Shown: positions 40,339 through 49,073 of the stretch, one piece after another
How the letters are laid out: each line of letters opens with the position of its first letter
How positions within the stretch are numbered: position 1 is the first letter of the stretch
Source of the DNA: Chloroflexota bacterium
GTDB lineage: Bacteria > Chloroflexota > Limnocylindria > Limnocylindrales > CSP1-4
NCBI GenBank assembly: GCA_031369685.1
Contig: JANMPD010000008.1
Coordinates: forward strand, 1-51,121
Direction of reading: 5' to 3'
Length of the DNA stretch: 51,121 nucleotides
Translations under genes and position numbers: made by a program
Notes under the pieces: model-generated
What the model was told of the DNA's origin: nothing
The model's input: only the letters and a program-made list of their open reading frames with translations
Databases searched by the model: none

Positions 40339-41303
40339 CCGCGGCGGCCGCCCCGGCTCCCGGACCCGACCCATCCCACCGTGCCGCCGTGGCACGCTTT
40401 GACTTCGCGAAGGCCGAGGGGCGCGGGATCCAGGACTTCCTTCGAACCTTCGCCGTCGCGGTTCGCCTCGGCTGGCAGCTCGAGGCCAACTGGACCGACC
40501 CGTTCCTGTTCTTCATCTACTCCGTCGCCAAGCCGGTCAGTTCCGCGCTGATCCTCGTGGTCATGCTCGAGGTGATCGGTGGCGAGGCAGGACGTGATTT
40601 CCGCCCGTTCGTGGTCGTCGGGAGCGCGCTGTGGGCCTTCGTCGTCAGCGGCATCGCCGGGCTCGCCTGGTCGATCCTCGAGGACCGCGAGCGCTACCGG
40701 GTCCTGAAGTACGTGTACGTGAGTCCGAGCGATTTTCTGACCGTCCTGATCGGGCGCGGCGTCGCCCGGCTCGGGGTCGGCCTGGCTGGCGCGGTCATCA
40801 CCCTCGTGGTCGGCGTCACGGCGCTGGGCGTGCCCTTTGATCCCGCGACCGTGGACTGGCTGCTCCTTGCAGCCGTGTTCGTCCTCGGCCTCGGCTCGAT
40901 CATCGGTGTCGGCCTCCTCATGGCCGGGATCGTGATCCAGACGCGCCAGGAATCGTGGAGCTATCCGGAGGCGTTCGCGGGCGCGATCTTTCTCGTGGCG
41001 GGCGCCGTGTTTCCGCTCGGCGTTCTGCCGGCACCCGTCCAGGTGATCGGCCTGCTCACCCCGTTGAGCTGGTGGATTGCCGGGGTTCGTCGGGCGTTGT
41101 TCGTGGATGGCCCGGGTTCGATAGGGGGCGAAGGAACAGTATTCGCCAGCCTGTTCGGTCATCCCCAGCCCTCGCCGGCGGAGATCGTTCTCGCCTTGCT
41201 CGCCACGGGGGCCCTCGTTACACTCGGCGCAGTGGCCGTGTTCCGGATCAGCGACCGGCGCGCGAAGCAGGCGGGTCTGTACGATCGAACGACTGGCTCC
41301 TAG
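40335..41303 (+). CDS. ABC-2 type permease
   Basis: ATG 40335 (ATGA overlap); TM helices, GAVFPLGVLP, PLSWW. Confidence 0.85.
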   Translation: MTAAAAPAPGPDPSHRAAVARFDFAKAEGRGIQDFLRTFAVAVRLGWQLEANWTDPFLFFIYSVAKPVSSALILVVMLEVIGGEAGRDFRPFVVVGSALWAFVVSGIAGLAWSILEDRERYRVLKYVYVSPSDFLTVLIGRGVARLGVGLAGAVITLVVGVTALGVPFDPATVDWLLLAAVFVLGLGSIIGVGLLMAGIVIQTRQESWSYPEAFAGAIFLVAGAVFPLGVLPAPVQVIGLLTPLSWWIAGVRRALFVDGPGSIGGEGTVFASLFGHPQPSPAEIVLALLATGALVTLGAVAVFRISDRRAKQAGLYDRTTGS

Positions 41304-41338
41304 GGGCCGCGACATCCCGCGTAGACCAGGGAGAATCG

Positions 41339-41860
41339 ATGCGCATCTATGAGGGCAGTCCCCGCCAGGATTTCGAGGAGGTCCTCCGCTCCGTCGGCGC
41401 CTACCTCGATCAGCGCGGGATGAAGGACGTGATCGTCATGGAGGCGCCGGACGGGTTCATCGTCCAGGGCCTGGCTCGAGTCGGGTCATCGGCGAGCACG
41501 TGGTCGGAAGCCATCGGCCAGATGACGAAGGAGACCATGACCTTCCTGGACGAGGACATCGGGAAGTTCATGGACGAGTCGGTCGCCCGCCGCGGAACGG
41601 GTCCGCAGGCGCTGCTGCCGCCACCCGGACGATACGAGCACGCCTTTCGGGTCATCGGTCACTACATCGACGAGCAGAAGCCCAAGGACATGTTCTTCTT
41701 CGAGCAGGACGGGGCGTTTGTCCTGCGGCTGCACGTGGTGAGCCAGAACAGCGACCACCACACGCTCGCGGAGTTCACGCGCGATGACGTCGAGGCGCTC
41801 ATCGCCCGAGGGCCGACGTTCCGACTGCCACCCAGACCAACAGGCCAGCAGGACCACTGA
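41339..41860 (+). CDS. Hypothetical soluble protein with an internal domain duplication
   Basis: ATG 41339 after AGGGAG; halves FEEVLRSVGAYLDQRGMKDVIVMEAPDGFIV and YEHAFRVIGHYIDEQKPKDMFFFEQDGAFVL. Confidence 0.8.
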   Translation: MRIYEGSPRQDFEEVLRSVGAYLDQRGMKDVIVMEAPDGFIVQGLARVGSSASTWSEAIGQMTKETMTFLDEDIGKFMDESVARRGTGPQALLPPPGRYEHAFRVIGHYIDEQKPKDMFFFEQDGAFVLRLHVVSQNSDHHTLAEFTRDDVEALIARGPTFRLPPRPTGQQDH

Positions 41861-41890
41861 TCGCCCATCGCCGCAGCAGGGGGAAGCAAC

Positions 41891-42046
41891 ATGCGTGCAC
41901 TCAAGACCGTAGCGATGGCCCTGGGGGTCACCCTCGGCGCGCTCGTGGTCATCCCGCTCATCGTTCTCGCCGGGTTGTTCGTCTGGTTGAAGCTGACCGA
42001 GGAAACGGACGAGGATTCACTCGATCTTGACCAGGACGGCGCCTGA
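41891..42046 (+). CDS. Small single-TM protein (51 aa) with acidic tail
   Basis: Not in the ORF track. MRALKTVAMALGVTLGALVVIPLIVLAGLFVWLKLTEETDEDSLDLDQDGA; purine-rich RBS upstream; followed by a terminator-like hairpin. Confidence 0.7.
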   Translation: MRALKTVAMALGVTLGALVVIPLIVLAGLFVWLKLTEETDEDSLDLDQDGA

Positions 42047-42078
42047 TCGATTCGGCCCACGCGCCCAACGCCACCGAA

Positions 42079-42112
42079 ACGCCCGCCAGCCACCCGGCGG
42101 GCGTCGTTCTGT
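42079..42112 (+). terminator. Probable terminator
   Basis: ACGCCCGCC-AGCCACCC-GGCGGGCGT stem followed by CGTTCTGT. Confidence 0.55.
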
Positions 42113-42318
42113 CCGCGCCCTCGAGCAACCGACCGCCGGGTCGCCGTCGCGTCGACCGGGAATGGTGGTCAGGTTGCCGATGGCCTTTCGGCGCGTCGCG
42201 GTCCGCCTCCTCGGCTAGCTTGCTCTTGTCGATTTGATCTCCGAGCGAAACGAATCGGGTTGCGTCGACGCCATACCCTGCAGATCCGGCCATAGGCGCC
42301 GGCAACCTGTGAGGGACC

Positions 42319-42879
42319 GTGAGCGGACGGGAGCTTGTCGAGCTGGCACAGCGAGGCGATCACGACGCCTTCGCCGTGCTCGCCACGGCGGCGTCTGCCC
42401 GCCTCGATGCGGCCGCCCGCCTGATCCTTCGGGACCGCGAGCTCGCGCGCGATGCGGTCCAGAACGCGCTGGTGCGCGCCTGGCGAGACCTGCCCAGGCT
42501 TCGTGATCCGGACCGGTTCGATGCCTGGCTTCACCGCCTGCTCGTGAATGCCTGCCTCGATGAGGCCCGCCGGCGCCGGCGACGCCCCGCTGAGGTGGAG
42601 ATGCTTCCCACTGACATGTATTCATCGGCCGGAGAGGTGCATCACCTCGATGACCGCGATCTCGTGGAACGAGCCCTCGGTCGCCTCGAGCCGGAGAACC
42701 GGGCTCTGGTCGTCCTCCACTACTACCTGGGCTACCCGGTTCCGGCCGCGGCTGCGTCGCTCGGTATGTCGCTCCCGGCCGCGAAGTCCCGGTTGCACCG
42801 GGCGCTCGAAGCCATGCGTCATGCCCTGACATCCGAATTCACTGGTCCTGCCGAGCCCGAAGGAGGCCGAATCTCATGA
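42319..42879 (+). CDS. ECF sigma-70 factor (module 1)
   Basis: LVELAQRGDHDAF, ARDAVQNALVRAW, FDAWLHR, region 4 with KSRLHRA. Confidence 0.92.
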   Translation: MSGRELVELAQRGDHDAFAVLATAASARLDAAARLILRDRELARDAVQNALVRAWRDLPRLRDPDRFDAWLHRLLVNACLDEARRRRRRPAEVEMLPTDMYSSAGEVHHLDDRDLVERALGRLEPENRALVVLHYYLGYPVPAAAASLGMSLPAAKSRLHRALEAMRHALTSEFTGPAEPEGGRIS

Positions 42880-44180
42880 CGGCCTTCCTCGGCTTCGACC
42901 CGTTCGAGCGGAGGATCTCCGACGCCTTCGAGGAGATCACCGACGCTCGACGCCCCGACTACCTCGACGACATCCTCCAGCTGACCGCGCGGACATCACA
43001 GCGGCCGCGCTGGTCCTTCCTCGAAAGGTGGCTTCCCGTGGATCTCGCTGCGCCCAGGCCGACGGCCCTGATGGGCGTCCGGCTGGGTCCCATTCTCCTG
43101 CTCATCGCAATCGCTCTGGTCCTTGCCGCGCTGGCCGCCGCATATGTCGGCTCACAGCGGACTCCGCTGCCGTTTGGGCCGGCCGCAAACGGGCTGATCG
43201 CGTACCCGAAGGACGGTGCCCTGTACGTTCGGAACACGCTCGACGCAGACGGGCGTCTCATTGTCCGGGGCGAGGGGACGGTATCGACACCCTACTTCTC
43301 GCCCGACGGCAAACTGGTCGCGTACATCGAGACGATCGCGCGAATCGACCACCTCATGGTGGCCAGCCCCGATGGCTCGAATTCCCGGGAAATCCTCAAA
43401 CTCCCTGTGGGCGACTTTAACGCGGTCTGGAGGCCGGATAGCCGTGCCTTTGCCGTTGTCGTTCAGGCCAACCTGAGCCCGCGCCTATCGATCGTGCCGA
43501 TCGACGGCTCTGCTCCGACCTCGATCGAACTTGGCTCGGCGCTGCCGACGACTGATCTCGCATGGCGCCCACCGGACGGGTTGGACCTGCTGGTACGTGG
43601 AGTACGGGAAGACCGGACGGTCGACCTTTTCCTCGTGCCGGGTGATGGGTCGCCCGTACACGCCATCGGGCTCCGGAGCGACCTGCTCTTCGGCACCGAC
43701 TGGGACAATTCGGGCCCTGCCTGGTCGCTCGATGGGACCCGGATCGCCTATAACCAGGTCGAGAAGGATCCTAAGACGGGCATCACCCAGTTTCGATTGC
43801 ACATCGTCAATGCGGATGGGACCGGAGACCAAGCTCTGCCGGGTCCGACCGACCCAAACGTCATGGAGTCATGGCCTGCATTCGCGCCCGATGGACGGAC
43901 CATCCTCGTCCATCGCTGGACGTGGAAGTCCAACAACGGCGGTGAAGGGTGGGTCGCGGTCATGCCAGCGGACGGCTCCCGTCCGGCTCGAGACATCGGC
44001 CCACGGATCCCCGGTGGCGAAGACACGGGCCTCATCAAGACCTGGTCTCCGGATGGGACGCGTGTCCTCATGCGTTCGGACAACACCCATGAAGCCTTCT
44101 CGATCGACCCGATGAACGGGACGTTCGAGCTCCTTGCCTGGACGAGCGATCTGCCTGATTGGCAGCGCGTCCAGCGCTGA
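42876..44180 (+). CDS. Putative anti-sigma: short cytoplasmic N-terminus, one TM, TolB-like (PD40) beta-propeller
   Basis: ATGA overlap with sigma; TM ILLLIAIALVLAALAAAYVG; repeats FSPDGK, WRPDS, WSLDGT, FAPDGR, WSPDGT. Confidence 0.75.
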   Translation: MTAFLGFDPFERRISDAFEEITDARRPDYLDDILQLTARTSQRPRWSFLERWLPVDLAAPRPTALMGVRLGPILLLIAIALVLAALAAAYVGSQRTPLPFGPAANGLIAYPKDGALYVRNTLDADGRLIVRGEGTVSTPYFSPDGKLVAYIETIARIDHLMVASPDGSNSREILKLPVGDFNAVWRPDSRAFAVVVQANLSPRLSIVPIDGSAPTSIELGSALPTTDLAWRPPDGLDLLVRGVREDRTVDLFLVPGDGSPVHAIGLRSDLLFGTDWDNSGPAWSLDGTRIAYNQVEKDPKTGITQFRLHIVNADGTGDQALPGPTDPNVMESWPAFAPDGRTILVHRWTWKSNNGGEGWVAVMPADGSRPARDIGPRIPGGEDTGLIKTWSPDGTRVLMRSDNTHEAFSIDPMNGTFELLAWTSDLPDWQRVQR

Positions 44181-44283
44181 ACCCGAACGGCAATCGGTTG
44201 CCCGGACAGGAGGTGAGCGATAGCACGAGCTCCCAAGCCCGCGCTCATCCAAAGGGCAAACCATCAACGAGAGGAGGAAACAC

Positions 44284-44928
44284 ATGTTCAGGTTCACGCC
44301 ACGTCGATCAAGAGCGCGTCGTCGAGCCTTCATCGGAGGGGTCGCCGTCATCGCTGCCCTGATGTTCGCGGCGCCCGCTGCGGCGCGGACGCCGGTGGAT
44401 CCCGGGACGCTCAACCCCGCGCCGCCCGATTTCTTCAACGCCCAGTGCTACGCCGGAGCCGGCGGGACCGTCTGCAGCCTGGCCTTCTCGGACGACCCGA
44501 TCGTGGATGAGCCGAGCGGGATCGTCTGTGGCGGTGTCGAGATCCTGTTCTCGCAGGAGCGGTCGGTCGTCGGCAAGCGTTTCTACGACGCGAACGGCAA
44601 CCTGACCCAGCGACACTTCCGCGAATACCTGAGCGGCACCCTGTCGAACCCGGCCACGGGGAAGGTCGTCCCGTGGATCGAGCACGACACGGTCATTCAG
44701 AACCTGTCCGTCCCAGGCGACCTTGGCACGGGCCAGATCAAGTTCAGCGGATTGCTCATGCGCATCTGGGTCCCCGGGGGCGGGACGATCCTGAACGACG
44801 TCGGCACCGTCATCCGGGATTCGGCGACCGACGAGACCACCTTCTCGGCCGGCAAGCATCCCTTCGATGCGTACTTCGTCGATGGCGACGCGAACGCACT
44901 CCAGCCGCTGTGTGACGCGTTGAAGTAG
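44284..44928 (+). CDS. Secreted 4-Cys hypothetical protein (module 1)
   Basis: Strong SD GAGGAGG; signal peptide with RRRAFI and AAA cleavage site; paralog of 49074..49703. Confidence 0.8.
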   Translation: MFRFTPRRSRARRRAFIGGVAVIAALMFAAPAAARTPVDPGTLNPAPPDFFNAQCYAGAGGTVCSLAFSDDPIVDEPSGIVCGGVEILFSQERSVVGKRFYDANGNLTQRHFREYLSGTLSNPATGKVVPWIEHDTVIQNLSVPGDLGTGQIKFSGLLMRIWVPGGGTILNDVGTVIRDSATDETTFSAGKHPFDAYFVDGDANALQPLCDALK

Positions 44929-44947
44929 CGATCTTCCTGCGAGTAAT

Positions 44948-44984
44948 CGTGGCGCTCGTCGAGACCGTTCTCGCGAGCGCCACG
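44948..44984 (+). other. Intergenic stem-loop without U-tract (module 1)
   Basis: CGTGGCGCTCG-T-CGAGA CCGT TCTCG-CGAGCGCCACG. Confidence 0.65.
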
Positions 44985-45028
44985 CCAACCGATCCACGCA
45001 CGCTGAGAACATGAAAGGGAAGGACAAA

Positions 45029-46141
45029 ATGCATCTCGTGGCAGCCAGGTTCGTCGTACCGTTGATCGCGCTGGCGTTCGTCGCCGAAGCGTGTTCCGCC
45101 GCGTCACTGGCGACAGACGTACCTGGATCCGCGCCCGCAAGCACAGCTCCATCGCCGAGCGAACCCCCGTCCCTATCCGTGGGCCCGACGACCGGGCCCG
45201 AGATCGTCGTCAAGGACGGCGAGCCATGGTTTCTATCCGCCTGGTACCTGCCGGACAAGGCGACCAAAGACCTCTTCCTGACTCGTCCAGACGGTACCGA
45301 TTCCCACGCGATCCTCACGGATCTCCCCGGTGAGCACATCGGGGGCGCTTGGGCACCCGACGGAAGCCGGTTCGCGTTCGCGAATCGGGATGCGGCAACG
45401 CCCCTTGGGTCGATCTGGACGGCAAACGCAGATGGCTCGGGGGCGGCGCTGCTGACCGACGGTGGCGGCGACTGCCCTGACGGTATCTTCCACCCCAGCT
45501 GGTCGCCGGACGGCTCGAAGTTTTCGGTCATCTGCTATCCGGATCCAGGCGGCAAGGAAGGATCCGTCGCCATCTTCGATCCTGCGACGTCGACAGTGAC
45601 GCGCCTGTACACGGTGGCGTGGCCTGAGCACCTGGACGGCCGGGCCGAGTGGTCCCCCGACGGAGCATCACTAGCATTCACCATCTACCACTGGGATCCC
45701 ACAGACGAGTTCGTCGACGGATCGGTAGTGGCCGTGATTCCGGCCGGGGGCGGCTTAGTGAACCGCATCACGACATTCGACATGGACATGTCGGCGGGCA
45801 ACTGGAGCCCGGACGGCAAGGAGCTTGCCATTGCCTCGAACGGCTTTGGCATGCGGCACGCCTCGGACGAGCCATCAAACGTCTATGCGATCAATCCGGA
45901 CGGGGCCGGGCTGCGCCAGATCACGAGGTCATCCGTCGACGGGTACATGCGCATCAGCGCGCCTGCGTGGACCCCGGATGGCCGGATGCTCGTCGCCATC
46001 GGGATCGCCTACGCGAGCGGAGGCACGGTGGCGACCGTCAGCGACATCCAGCTTGGATTTGTGGATCCATCCGGGGGCGAGCCGGTTCTCCTGCCGCCGA
46101 CGATCCACGGGGGGCGCCTGCGCCCGACGCCGAAGACGTGA
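45029..46141 (+). CDS. TolB-like (PD40) beta-propeller lipoprotein (module 1)
   Basis: ATG 45029 after GGAAGGA (or 45011); lipobox-like AEA-C, S/P/T linker, DGEPW, repeated W(S/A/T)PDG, ends RLRPTPKT. Confidence 0.8.
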   Translation: MHLVAARFVVPLIALAFVAEACSAASLATDVPGSAPASTAPSPSEPPSLSVGPTTGPEIVVKDGEPWFLSAWYLPDKATKDLFLTRPDGTDSHAILTDLPGEHIGGAWAPDGSRFAFANRDAATPLGSIWTANADGSGAALLTDGGGDCPDGIFHPSWSPDGSKFSVICYPDPGGKEGSVAIFDPATSTVTRLYTVAWPEHLDGRAEWSPDGASLAFTIYHWDPTDEFVDGSVVAVIPAGGGLVNRITTFDMDMSAGNWSPDGKELAIASNGFGMRHASDEPSNVYAINPDGAGLRQITRSSVDGYMRISAPAWTPDGRMLVAIGIAYASGGTVATVSDIQLGFVDPSGGEPVLLPPTIHGGRLRPTPKT

Positions 46142-46188
46142 CCTGCCAATTCGCCACGCCACCAGCATCTGACCGCAGGAGACCCGAG

Positions 46189-47121
46189 ATGAGCCCGACA
46201 CGCTTGATGACGTGGATCGCGTGGTTGATCCTGATCGCGGTCCTGTCTGGCTGCGGCGGGCTCCCGGCGACGTCGGCCGTAACCGCAACGCCCGCCATCA
46301 GTACGGACCCGACCCCAATCGCTCCCACCGGGACGGCCGAGGTCCCGACATCCGCCGCGGAGCCGATCCACGTCTTGATCCTTGGCGATTCGATCGGGAT
46401 TCCGCGGATGGGCTGCGGATCGTGCGAGGGCTTCGACGCCCAGTACGCCACATTGCTCGAGGCGCAGTCGGGGCGACCGGTCAAGGTCGACAACCAGGCC
46501 CGCCCGAACGCCCGCATTCAGGATCTCCAGTCGGTCGTCGACACCGAGACCGGGGTCCAGGAGCTGATCGGGGCGGCGGACATCGTCATCGTGACGATCG
46601 GCTACAACAACGGTCCGAACTGGGATACGGAGGATCCGTGCCACGCGCCCGTCGCCAATACCGACGCCGAAAGCATTCGCGATTTCCTCGAGTTGAACGA
46701 TGACTGCGTGGCGGAGACACTAGAGCTGTACGGGACGCGTCTCGAGATGCTCTACGACCGGATCGAGGTGCTGGCAGCCGGCCGATCCCAGGTCCGGGTA
46801 ACCCTCGGCGTGTACGCCAACCTCGACGGCAACCCCGGTGGCGACGGGACCTTTGCCGACATCACCGCGGACGAGATGGCCCGGGCGATCGCCCGGTACA
46901 ACGCGACGATCGACAAATGGAACGTCATGGACTGCGCTGCGGCTCTGCCGCACGGCTTCGTCTGTGGCGACATCCATCGTGCCTTCAATGGTCCCGACGG
47001 GACCGCGAAGGTAGCCGGCCTCGTAAACCCGAGCGACTACATTCACCCAAACGTTGCCGGCCAGGCGAAGATTGCCGAGCTCCTCGAAGGCATCGACGTC
47101 AGTAGGGCGGTAGGGAACTAG
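46189..47121 (+). CDS. SGNH/GDSL hydrolase lipoprotein
   Basis: ATG 46189 after AGGAG; lipobox LSG-C; ILGDSIG, TIGYNN, DYIHPN. Confidence 0.85.
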   Translation: MSPTRLMTWIAWLILIAVLSGCGGLPATSAVTATPAISTDPTPIAPTGTAEVPTSAAEPIHVLILGDSIGIPRMGCGSCEGFDAQYATLLEAQSGRPVKVDNQARPNARIQDLQSVVDTETGVQELIGAADIVIVTIGYNNGPNWDTEDPCHAPVANTDAESIRDFLELNDDCVAETLELYGTRLEMLYDRIEVLAAGRSQVRVTLGVYANLDGNPGGDGTFADITADEMARAIARYNATIDKWNVMDCAAALPHGFVCGDIHRAFNGPDGTAKVAGLVNPSDYIHPNVAGQAKIAELLEGIDVSRAVGN

Positions 47122-47282
47122 CGAAGAATCGCCCTGGCCCGCGGGTTCGAGGCCAGGCCTCCGTTTCCAGAAGGCCCGAGTCATGTGCGACTCCCGTACA
47201 CGTTCCAACCTGGCGGCGCATTCGGCTTGAGTCACTCGGGGGCGTCTGAGACACTTCGGCCCTCGTCCAGCATCTGTAGGGC

Positions 47283-47828
47283 ATGGTGAGCGACGTCACT
47301 GTCCAGGGCGCGATCCCAGCGACGATCGTCGAGGCGGCAGCGGCCGGCGATGGGGCGGCCTTTGCGCGGATCGTCCGCGCCCACCACGACGACATGGTTC
47401 GTGTGTGCCAGGTGATCTGCGGCGACCCGGACCTCGCCCAGGACGCGGCCCAATCGGCGTGGCCCATCGCCTTGCGCAAGCTATCCACGCTGCGCGACCC
47501 GGCCCGGCTTCGACCCTGGCTGGTCACGGTTGCCGCGAACGAGGCCCGCCAGATGCTGCGCCGGCAGCGCCGAGACCGCGTCACATCGATCGAGTTCGCT
47601 GACATCCACTCGAGCCTGGCCGACCCCGGGGCACATCCGGACGATGCGGATCTCATTGCCGCCATACGCCTCCTGCCTCCCGAAGACCGTGCCCTGCTTG
47701 CGATGCGCTACGTCGCCGGGTTCGATGCCACGGAGATCGGCCGAGCCCTCGGGCTCTCGGCATCCGGTGTTCGGACCCGACTCTCGCGACTGGTGTCGCG
47801 ACTCCGATTGGAGCTGGGCGATGACTGA
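47283..47828 (+). CDS. ECF sigma-70 factor (module 2)
   Basis: AAAGDGAAFARIV, AQDAAQSAW, LRPWLVTVAANEAR, EIGRALGLSASGVRTRLSR. Confidence 0.92.
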   Translation: MVSDVTVQGAIPATIVEAAAAGDGAAFARIVRAHHDDMVRVCQVICGDPDLAQDAAQSAWPIALRKLSTLRDPARLRPWLVTVAANEARQMLRRQRRDRVTSIEFADIHSSLADPGAHPDDADLIAAIRLLPPEDRALLAMRYVAGFDATEIGRALGLSASGVRTRLSRLVSRLRLELGDD

Positions 47829-49032
47829 CCATACGTTCGAAGCCCGCCTCGAGCGGGTGCTCCGTGGCTACGCAGAGACAGCGGTCCGCCCGATCGATGC
47901 CGCCGAGATTGCCGATCAGGCCCGAGCCGCCGGCGCCACGGCGCGTCCGGTTCCAGCCATCTCGGTTCGCCGGTACGCCTGGCTCGCGGTGGCGGCCATC
48001 CTGATTGCCCTCCTGCTCGAGGCGGTGTTCCTGCTCACGGTGGGCCGGCGCGCCCAGCTCGCCGTGGTGATCCCAACGGTCTCTCCGTCCGGCGTGCCGG
48101 TCGCGCTTCCGATCGAGTTCGCCGGAGCGTGGATCGCGGACCAACCGGACGACCTATCGTTCGGCGATCAGCAAGGCAAGGCGCGCATGTCCTTCGTGGT
48201 GGAATCCAACGGGACGTTCGCGTACGTGAGCCTCGCCTCCGGCCCGCGTGAGTACCTCCAGTCCACGGCCACGGCCACGAACGATCAGGTTCAAGTGGTG
48301 GCCCGCGCACTCGGAGATCCAGTCACATCGGGCGGGACCCTCCTGCGCGCCTGCGATCTCAAGGAGATCGGGACCTATCGGATCGGCCGCTCCACTGATG
48401 GCCTGCGGCTGACCCTCAGCCTGATCGACGATGCGTGTCCGTCGCGGTCAGCCGTTCTGGCTCGGACGTGGATCCGCTCGCTCGGGGCACCCAACAGCGG
48501 TGGGCTGGGCGTGTTCGATGCCTTCAGGCCTCTCTTCACCGTCGAGCTGCCCGTGGGGAGCTACTCGATCTATCGGACGACGGACTCGTTGACCGTGGTA
48601 CAGCCCGTTCCCGAGTTCCAGTTCCTCGCGTTCAAGGATCCGCAGGGCTTCAACGACCCGTGCAATCTGGCCGCGGGCCGTTACCCGATCGAACAGGGCG
48701 CCGACGCCGTCGTCGCCTACTTCCGGCAACTTCGTGGGTTCACGGTCGACTCGACGAACGAGCTTGTGGTCGATGGCCACCGCGCGGTCCGCCTCGTACT
48801 CCATGCCAACTCCGACGCGAGCTGCCCAGATGGCGGGCTCGCGGAGTATCAGCCGAAGGCCGAGACGGCTGACTTCCATTGGTTCCTGCGTCCGGGCGAC
48901 ACGGACAGCCTGGTCATCGTCGAGCTAGCCGACGCGACCGTGATGTTCGAGGTTCTACCGGCGCCGCATCCGCTGGAGTCGAGCGTGATCGACTCGATTC
49001 GGTTCCTGGAGCAGCTCCCAACCACGCCCTGA
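47821..49032 (+). CDS. Putative anti-sigma: short cytoplasmic N-terminus, one TM, unrecognised extracytoplasmic domains
   Basis: Overlaps the sigma stop by 8 nt; MTDHTFEARLERVLR; TM YAWLAVAAILIALLLEAVFLLTVG; four Cys in the C-terminal region. Confidence 0.7.
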   Translation: MTDHTFEARLERVLRGYAETAVRPIDAAEIADQARAAGATARPVPAISVRRYAWLAVAAILIALLLEAVFLLTVGRRAQLAVVIPTVSPSGVPVALPIEFAGAWIADQPDDLSFGDQQGKARMSFVVESNGTFAYVSLASGPREYLQSTATATNDQVQVVARALGDPVTSGGTLLRACDLKEIGTYRIGRSTDGLRLTLSLIDDACPSRSAVLARTWIRSLGAPNSGGLGVFDAFRPLFTVELPVGSYSIYRTTDSLTVVQPVPEFQFLAFKDPQGFNDPCNLAAGRYPIEQGADAVVAYFRQLRGFTVDSTNELVVDGHRAVRLVLHANSDASCPDGGLAEYQPKAETADFHWFLRPGDTDSLVIVELADATVMFEVLPAPHPLESSVIDSIRFLEQLPTTP

Positions 49033-49073
49033 CCTGCCGCAGATCGCGGTCACACCCCCGAAGGAGTTCCCTC

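Noticed and set aside
44251-44283. AAAGGGCAAACC resembling the start of a c-di-GMP-I riboswitch
   Set aside because: The downstream GACGCAAAGC element and second stem are absent, and the SD and ATG follow immediately.
44575-44615. YDANGNL / YDRNGNL as RHS/YD repeats
   Set aside because: Only one copy per protein in proteins of about 210 aa, with no RHS core.
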